A stretch of DNA of 64,000 nucleotides from the IMG/VR virus record IMGVR_UViG_3300005662_000026; one strand, 5' to 3'. Shown piece after piece: positions 58,201 to 64,000 of the stretch (the stretch's first letter is position 1; each line of letters opens with the position of its first letter). The notes beneath the pieces were generated by a model. It worked only from the letters and a program-made list of their open reading frames with translations. It searched no databases and had not been told where the DNA came from. This stretch comes from an uncultured virus (IMG/VR IMGVR_UViG_3300005662_000026) (lineage: Duplodnaviria > Heunggongvirae > Uroviricota > Caudoviricetes). Position numbers and translations under genes: made by a program.

Positions 58201-60529
58201 AAATAAAAAAAGTAATGTTTTTAATTTACCTATAGCAAGTCACTATGCAGGTCTAAAAATAAAATTAAGAAATCAGTATGGACAATTAGATTCTATTAAT
58301 CAAATTCCAATTACACCATCTGAGCAAAAATTAAATTTTAATGGACAAAATACTACTAATCAAAGTATTAGTTTTTGGTGTACTATTAGTACTCCTTTAG
58401 GTCCAAGAGCTAAAGAAATATTTATTACAAAATTACAACAAACTCCAGTGTTTTTTGGAGGTGATACTTATGTAAATAGATATACAGAAAAGAATAATAT
58501 GTTCTTTTTCTATGACTGGTTATATGGTCAACCTGATGGATATGAGTATAATTACTTATTAAGAAATATGATTACTGAACCAAGGTTTTGGTTAAATAGT
58601 CAACAGTATGATACAAGTCATTTAAAACCATCTAACTGGTTAAATCCTTCTCAAGGTTCTGGTCCATTACCATCTGATTCATATAACCTTGATTATTTTG
58701 AAAGTACATCCCGTAGATATGATTATGCTTCTGATCAACCAACAGGTTTTCCTGATACATATCCAGGGGTATTAGGAATTAAAGATTCATATTTTTATTT
58801 AGCTAATTCTTCAGTAAGAGATTTCTTTGTTGAGTCAGATGTATTAGTTGATTTTAGACAACCAGGTATAGCAACATGGGAACAGCATTATGATCATAAT
58901 TCATATACTGATTTACCTACTATGTTTAATATGAATCCTGTAAATATTACTAGAGGAAATTATTACGCATATGATTATTCATTGAGTGTATCTAAAGTGT
59001 TTACTCAATATTTTTCACAAGGTAATTTACAGTCAAGATATTATAATCCTACGGTATCTCAGTTATGTTATACATATTATCCTGATAGAGTTGTTTATTC
59101 ATTACCACAACAAAATGCTTCATCTAAAGATTCATGGTTTGTATATCTAGTAAATAACTATAAAGAGTTTAAAAATAGAATTACCTCAATTAAAGCTTAT
59201 GCTAAAACAGGTATGTTTATTACATTTCAAAACTCTAGTCCATTAGTATATCAAGGTGTTGATACTTTACAAACAGATTTAGGTACTAAGATTACTATAG
59301 GTGATGGTGGTTTATTTGCTAATCCTCCACAAAATGTTACTATATCAGATACTGAATATGAATATGGTTCATCTCAAAATAAGTTTGGTGTAATTGCTAC
59401 TCCAGCTGGTATGTATTATGTATCTCAGAATCAAGGTAGAGTATTTGCATTTGAAGGTGGTCTTAAAGAAGTATCTCAACAAGGTATGAAATGGTGGTTT
59501 AGTTTATTCTTACCATATAAACTTACTGAGGACTTTCCTGATTATCCACATACAGATAATCCTGTAGCTGGTATTGGTACACAAGCAGTATACGATAACT
59601 ACAATGGTATTATATATTTCTGTAAAAAAGATTACAAGTTAAGAAGTGACTTACCTGCAAATACTAGTGTAGTATATGAACCATATGGTGATTACTTCTT
59701 AGTTGATGGTATTACTAAAGTAGAGCTGGGTAACCCACTTATATTTGAAAATGCATCATGGACTGCAAGTTATGACCCTAAGAGCTCTTATTGGGTATCT
59801 TACCATGACTGGCATCCTGACTTTGTAATGCCTGCAAGACAGTACTTTATGACTACTAAAGCAGGTAAGATATGGAGACATAATGTATCATGTAATAGTT
59901 ACTGTAACTTCTATGGTGTTCAACATCCATTTGAAGTTGAGATACCATTAATTACAGGTCAAACAGTTACTACTCTTAAATCTATGGAATACATTCTTGA
60001 ATGTTATAAAAACTCTACACTTAATTGTGTAGATCAATACCATGTTTTAGATTTTAACTTTGACAAAGCAGTAGTATATAACTCTGAGCAAGTATCTGGT
60101 TATTTGAATCTTAACTTGTTTCCAAAAAATAATATTACATTAGCTAATACATATCCTAAAGTTAATCCAACTTCAATAGATGTATTATTTGCTAAAGAGG
60201 AAAACAAATATAGATTTAATCAGTTCTGGGATATTACTAAAAATAGAGGTGAGTTCCCAATAGGTTCTAATTATCCTCCAACAGGACCATTAGTACCGGG
60301 CACTACAGTACTTGCTGGTAATTATACTCAAGAAGTAATATGGAATACACAATCAAATGGTTACATCAAAACATTAAATCCACTTAATTTGGATTATAAT
60401 AAGCAACAACTTGAAAGAAAGAAGTTCAGACATTATTTAAATTTCTTATATTTGAGTAAGACTGACTCTAAAGATGTCAACATGATTGTTAAATTAAGTA
60501 ATAGTAAAAATCAAATATCACTCAGGTAA
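55223..60529 (+). CDS. Tail stabilisation/muzzle protein (P22 gp10-like)
   Basis: 1768 aa; N.F.KGLNKD..P......A.NA N-terminus; WT.SY......WVSYHDW.P near the C-terminus. Confidence 0.75.
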   Translation: MAKKNIQNTSQNETNTFVKGLNKDSDPTFISEGMWTHARNAVNNTLEGNIGTLSNETSNVYCAEAGATLLGKKYIIGTIHLYSDKWVIFTVAYPNSGVGLPTGHEIGLFEEDTCKYRIIVQDACLNFDKRYLITGASREKEDCSWAVYFADGNNPDRYINIGDDALWPGSTYLWIGNNTYSNGVTDIQWPGVQWNQICHTDGCQQTSPGVWPPGCPEPNACITCVDDTTLNCEDLRLARLMSTPTIQVKPAVGSGELRNGSYFAVIAYTIKGQKVTDYFSPSNTQPIWNKNDVQGSIDILIDADNVHFDEFELIVVQIINQGAVAKRIGLYSTSTNVVHLDQIKDSLITIPIEQIPIRNIVYETSDQITEVNNYLLRIAPRSKFDFNYQPLANQIQTQWVSVEYPSNYYVEGGSNTSYLRDEVYTFFIRWVYSTGDKSSSYHIPGRAPQTFQIPGTSSIVSETATNVDFNTLETDDKVFEVYNTASVLSTPGTVLPDGGIVRATGRMGYWESTESYPDNRPDIWDASSQCWTGTTDPQYDLCGKPIRHHKFPDNFNTASNTDLTNHYSQGGANIRLMGVTFGNIILPKDNDGNDIPGIVGYEILRGSREGNRSIIAKGMINNLRSYNIRGNNTQGRIGLYPNYPFNTITPISDTIGGNVTGQNDPYIKLTDKNNNVIDQYVPSNFVTFHSPDTNFRTPYLSTTELKLYGRLSGQSVQYFQEPAEHPNLKLIADAAVILMFIGGVIQTLLQLTGKTKVSSQKSTAANVTTVAGTTSPSVIIAQTALAVATATYDTAITTYYTGLGPILDMFTGGAALKAIQGSYQIALDAAAAAGAISPSNATFEKEYSAYELLPPVVGAAFAIKQSAYYFSEGANSTLRIIYAGLPYRQFALQAIAEGFYSSFQPPVASNRRRFNIDDSLYLSDNIQTVKPYSGNNYVINNLKRQKTVLVRTTNNLKNNTGPDFINADQSLVTLGTAIQAGGNLGLNLNLDMENKKSNVFNLPIASHYAGLKIKLRNQYGQLDSINQIPITPSEQKLNFNGQNTTNQSISFWCTISTPLGPRAKEIFITKLQQTPVFFGGDTYVNRYTEKNNMFFFYDWLYGQPDGYEYNYLLRNMITEPRFWLNSQQYDTSHLKPSNWLNPSQGSGPLPSDSYNLDYFESTSRRYDYASDQPTGFPDTYPGVLGIKDSYFYLANSSVRDFFVESDVLVDFRQPGIATWEQHYDHNSYTDLPTMFNMNPVNITRGNYYAYDYSLSVSKVFTQYFSQGNLQSRYYNPTVSQLCYTYYPDRVVYSLPQQNASSKDSWFVYLVNNYKEFKNRITSIKAYAKTGMFITFQNSSPLVYQGVDTLQTDLGTKITIGDGGLFANPPQNVTISDTEYEYGSSQNKFGVIATPAGMYYVSQNQGRVFAFEGGLKEVSQQGMKWWFSLFLPYKLTEDFPDYPHTDNPVAGIGTQAVYDNYNGIIYFCKKDYKLRSDLPANTSVVYEPYGDYFLVDGITKVELGNPLIFENASWTASYDPKSSYWVSYHDWHPDFVMPARQYFMTTKAGKIWRHNVSCNSYCNFYGVQHPFEVEIPLITGQTVTTLKSMEYILECYKNSTLNCVDQYHVLDFNFDKAVVYNSEQVSGYLNLNLFPKNNITLANTYPKVNPTSIDVLFAKEENKYRFNQFWDITKNRGEFPIGSNYPPTGPLVPGTTVLAGNYTQEVIWNTQSNGYIKTLNPLNLDYNKQQLERKKFRHYLNFLYLSKTDSKDVNMIVKLSNSKNQISLR

Positions 60530-63500
60530 TGGGATTCAATAAGAAAGTATTATCTAAAGCTGTATCAGAATTAGGTAAAGCAAAAGCACCGGGTAAACCA
60601 AAAGATATAACAGTTGATCCAAGAGGTTATTGGAATCCAGCTAATCAAGGAGAACCCGTAAGAGTACCAGGTGGTGATGACATTAATGGTATGGAGATTA
60701 CAATGCATCAAGTTAGTCAACCTATATGGGCTCAACCTAATGTTGGACCAGGTGCTATAATGTACCCAGAAGAAAACCGTCATTTTCCAGGTGCATCTTA
60801 TGTAGATGAAACTCCTATAGCTAAAAAAGGTGGTACAGCAGGAAAATTATCTAGTGGTAATAAAACTGTTACTAAAGTAGTAAACATTAAATTTGACCTA
60901 CCTGATTTAAGTGGTGCTAAAAAAATTGATGATAAAGTTACTTTAGCAATGTCACCAGATAGCTCAGGTGTATTTACTATTGGTAAAGATGTAGAGAAAT
61001 TCTCAGGTATTAAAGAATCAGAAGTTAAAGCTGATATAGCAGCAGGAAAAGAAAGTCCTGAAGATGCTCTTATATATGGTTTAACTAATGTCATGAATGG
61101 AGGTAAAGATGTTTATCTATGGATAAATGGTTCAAGACTTCAAGGCATGGCTAAAAAAAATGGTGCTGATGAAGCTATTACAGAAGTTGTATCACATGAA
61201 GCAATACACTTAGCAAGACATTTAATAACAAGAGCTATAGCAAAAAAGAAAGGTTTAAATCTTAATAATGAAGATTGGATTAAACATGACTATGGTGCAG
61301 GTGAATATAACTGGCCAGCAGTAGGTGATGAAAACAAAGAGAATCCTATTGTACAAATAGATGAGGAATCATTTGCTACTGCAGAAGGACTAATTGTAGA
61401 ACAGATACTACCATACTTTAAAGAGATGGCTAAGAGCTATTTAAAAAGTACAGACAGTAAAGAATTTAAAAAAGGTGGTACACTTCAAAGTAAGAAGTAC
61501 TCTAAGAGTATGTCTGCTACTAATAAGTTAATGGCTAAGAACAAGTTATTCCAAAATAAAAAGAGTAAGATATTTGATCCTAATGCTGAGTTTCAACAAG
61601 GTGGAATAAAGACTAATCCTTGGTTATATACATATGATTTAGGAATGCCAAATTCAGAAGTAGTAGGTGGTGGTTTTGATACCCAATTTAAATCAGGAAT
61701 ACACGGAAGTTTATCTGGTGAGATACCATTATTTAATAGAAACTCACAACCATGGTTATCACAAAATGTTGGTATAGGCCGTGGTTATAAAGGTTTATAT
61801 GGTGATGTTACATTAAACAATTCATCTTCTGCAGGAAGTTTACTTAATCCAAGTTTAACTACTAGTTTACAATATAATAAAAACTTAGGTGATCATTATA
61901 ATTTTAGAGCTGGTTTATCTAATTTATCAAGTAAAGGTTCATATTTTAATCCAGAAATTAATGCTGGTATAACTTATAGTTTTAAAAAGGGTGGTTCTAA
62001 ACTAGGTCCTATTAATCTTAATCCAAATCCATTAAGCCACTATGAATTAAACTATGGTTTTAACTTACCAGTTAAACAAGATGGTGGTGAATCTGATTAT
62101 GAAGAACTAGAACTTACTGATGAAGAAATACAAGCATACAGAGATGGTGGTTATGTAGTAGAAGAAATACCTGAACAAGAAATAGGTGGTTATGTACAAC
62201 ATGAACTAGTTAAAGCACAAACTGGTTTAGAACAAAATGATTCAGATGTATATACATATGCAGGAAGACCAGATTCTTACTATAAGAAAGATGATAAAGG
62301 TCAATGGCTGATTAGTAATAAAGGAACAGGTAATAAGTTTATTCCTATTAAAGATCCAAAAGGTGATAGAGCAAAAATCTTAAATGCTGAAGCTAAAAAA
62401 AATGTACCAATGACAGATAGTCCTTATGCATTAGCAGCTTCAAATTTTGCTAATGATAATGGTACAGATTCTAAACAAGCATATATTGATAAATATCAAA
62501 AGTCACCTGAACTTGCAAAACAAAAAGTTGTAAAACAATTTAAGACAGATAAAGAACTTGCAAAAACAGCAGAATTTATAAATAGTGGAAAACTAGAAAA
62601 TTCAACAAATACAGATCAACAATTAGATCCAAGACTTATGGGTCCCGTAGGTGATAATACAAGAACTACAGCAGGCTTTAATGGCCAACAAGCTTTTGAA
62701 GGAGCCTTACGTTATAACTCACCAGAAAGTGTAGAAGAACGTAAAATACAAGCTGAGTGGGAAAAACAAAAATGGGATGAGTATGCAAAGAAGTCATTAT
62801 ATGATAGAGTTTTAGATAGAACACAAGCCTTTGCTGCAAACCCCTTTGTATTAACTGGTAATGTTTTATCAGGTAAACAAGGTTTTATTCCAGGAATGGG
62901 TAGAGGTTTATTAAATAAAGATAATCCTGAAGAATATGATAGATACCTCCAAGCTACTGGACAAGTAAAAGGTGAGGTTAGCTTAAGTGATATGCTTAAT
63001 TTTGCAAACCCTACTCACTGGGGAGCTAGTGCTGGAAATGAATTTAGTAAAGGTAATTATGGTCAAGGTGCAACGGAACTTGGTTTATCATTATTAGGTG
63101 TAGGTGCAGGTAGAGGTTTATTACAAGGTAGTAAAGCTCTTGCTCAAAGTTTAGGTAGAGGAGCTAAATATGTAGGTAAAGCAATGAATACAGCACCAAA
63201 ATTTTTACCTGGTGCAACATTAAACAATGCTATAAATGCAGGTTTTGCAGGTCATGGTTTAAATGAAATTGTTTCAGGTGATGTTGCTGAACCATGGAAG
63301 AAAGCAATGAAGAGTGGTAAAGGAATAGATTATGCAACTGCATTAGGTGAAAACGCCATGACTGCATTAGAACTTGCTCCATTAGTTGGACCTGCCGCAA
63401 AAGGTTTAATTGGAGGATTGAATGCAAGTAAAGAATCTATAATAGGTGCAAAAAATATTTTAGGTGATTATAGAAACATTGAGCAGTTAAGACTTGCTAA

Positions 63501-64000
63501 TCATTATAAAGATTTTAATACAGCAAGTAAAGCACATCCAACTATATTCAATGATAAAAAAGTATTTGATGCAACTAAAACTGAAGCAAAACAATTATTA
63601 AAAAAATATAAAAAAGACTTTACTGAAAACTTTGGAGCAGGTAAAGATGATGAAGTATTATTATATGGTGCTCATAATGATTTAAAAAATGCAGTTAAAA
63701 ATAAAAACTTTTTAGCAGAAGATGAATTTGCAAAATCAGCTGGATTAAAAAATGACTTAACAAATCAGGAAAAGTTTTTAGCAGATGCATATCAATTAGA
63801 ATACTCACCATACTTTAATAGAAATATACGTAATGGTAATCAAAAGTTTTCAGAATATTTAGCAGATGATTTTAACTCACTGATGAATAAAAATAAAACA
63901 GCTAGACCAGTACAAGTATCAAGAGTATCTGATTTTGATAGAAAAGTTAAAACATTAAGAAAGGGTACATCAGAACCAGAAATGGTACATTATAATGATC
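60529..64000 (+). CDS. Large multidomain virion cargo/polyvalent protein (partial, >1157 aa)
   Basis: Own translation: ATG overlaps the muzzle stop (TAATG) and the frame is open to the window end; HEAIH motif, beta-barrel-like segment, Gly-rich helices, ART-like start. Confidence 0.85.
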   Translation, partial: MGFNKKVLSKAVSELGKAKAPGKPKDITVDPRGYWNPANQGEPVRVPGGDDINGMEITMHQVSQPIWAQPNVGPGAIMYPEENRHFPGASYVDETPIAKKGGTAGKLSSGNKTVTKVVNIKFDLPDLSGAKKIDDKVTLAMSPDSSGVFTIGKDVEKFSGIKESEVKADIAAGKESPEDALIYGLTNVMNGGKDVYLWINGSRLQGMAKKNGADEAITEVVSHEAIHLARHLITRAIAKKKGLNLNNEDWIKHDYGAGEYNWPAVGDENKENPIVQIDEESFATAEGLIVEQILPYFKEMAKSYLKSTDSKEFKKGGTLQSKKYSKSMSATNKLMAKNKLFQNKKSKIFDPNAEFQQGGIKTNPWLYTYDLGMPNSEVVGGGFDTQFKSGIHGSLSGEIPLFNRNSQPWLSQNVGIGRGYKGLYGDVTLNNSSSAGSLLNPSLTTSLQYNKNLGDHYNFRAGLSNLSSKGSYFNPEINAGITYSFKKGGSKLGPINLNPNPLSHYELNYGFNLPVKQDGGESDYEELELTDEEIQAYRDGGYVVEEIPEQEIGGYVQHELVKAQTGLEQNDSDVYTYAGRPDSYYKKDDKGQWLISNKGTGNKFIPIKDPKGDRAKILNAEAKKNVPMTDSPYALAASNFANDNGTDSKQAYIDKYQKSPELAKQKVVKQFKTDKELAKTAEFINSGKLENSTNTDQQLDPRLMGPVGDNTRTTAGFNGQQAFEGALRYNSPESVEERKIQAEWEKQKWDEYAKKSLYDRVLDRTQAFAANPFVLTGNVLSGKQGFIPGMGRGLLNKDNPEEYDRYLQATGQVKGEVSLSDMLNFANPTHWGASAGNEFSKGNYGQGATELGLSLLGVGAGRGLLQGSKALAQSLGRGAKYVGKAMNTAPKFLPGATLNNAINAGFAGHGLNEIVSGDVAEPWKKAMKSGKGIDYATALGENAMTALELAPLVGPAAKGLIGGLNASKESIIGAKNILGDYRNIEQLRLANHYKDFNTASKAHPTIFNDKKVFDATKTEAKQLLKKYKKDFTENFGAGKDDEVLLYGAHNDLKNAVKNKNFLAEDEFAKSAGLKNDLTNQEKFLADAYQLEYSPYFNRNIRNGNQKFSEYLADDFNSLMNKNKTARPVQVSRVSDFDRKVKTLRKGTSEPEMVHYND

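Larger units (their letters stand above)
1..64000. mobile_element. Segment of a crAss-like (Crassvirales-type) phage genome, probable Bacteroidota host
   Basis: Order TerL-portal-scaffold-MCP, IHF-like genes flanking the head/tail block, ring proteins and a 1768-aa muzzle-like protein; two-arm strand layout; no host housekeeping operons or integrase seen. Confidence 0.88.

Noticed and set aside
1725..63427. Antisense or nested track ORFs (e.g. 1725, 3291, 10503, 15916, 17418, 19178, 32784, 37043, 40709, 44008, 54474, 60798, 63230)
   Set aside because: They lie opposite or within well-supported genes and read as shadow frames
1..64000. Stop-codon reassignment as in some crAss-like phages
   Set aside because: Long genes are intact in the standard code; TAG and TGA end genes directly before the next start

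Overview
This is a 64-kb, very AT-rich segment of a tailed phage genome with crAss-like (Crassvirales-type) gene order. The host is probably a Bacteroidota: intergenic TAnnTTTG promoter boxes, A-rich leaders without Shine-Dalgarno sequences, and a ClpS and SSB tail of Bacteroidota type. The left arm (1-13.5 kb, minus strand) holds early and DNA-metabolism genes. It begins with 12 promoter-minigene-terminator cassettes, each preceded by the motif CCATYTTNYAACT. After a GC-rich divergence point at about 13.55-13.7 kb, the right arm (plus strand) carries a Tad1-like anti-defence gene, thyA, groES, fibres and spikes, lysis genes, IHF-like proteins, an exonuclease, terminase, portal, scaffold, major capsid protein, a block of very basic proteins, ring/tail proteins and a muzzle. 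It ends in an ORF missing from the ORF track (60529 to beyond 64000). Most notable observations: (1) that ORF looks like a polyprotein of zincin, outer-membrane beta-barrel and probable ADP-ribosyltransferase modules separated by xxxGG motifs that also occur in the basic proteins; (2) small non-coding units are complementary to translation-initiation regions of distant phage genes; (3) the early cassette array includes a 48-aa peptide ending in an SSB-like DDLPF tail. All calls come from reading the sequence by eye; no database search was run.
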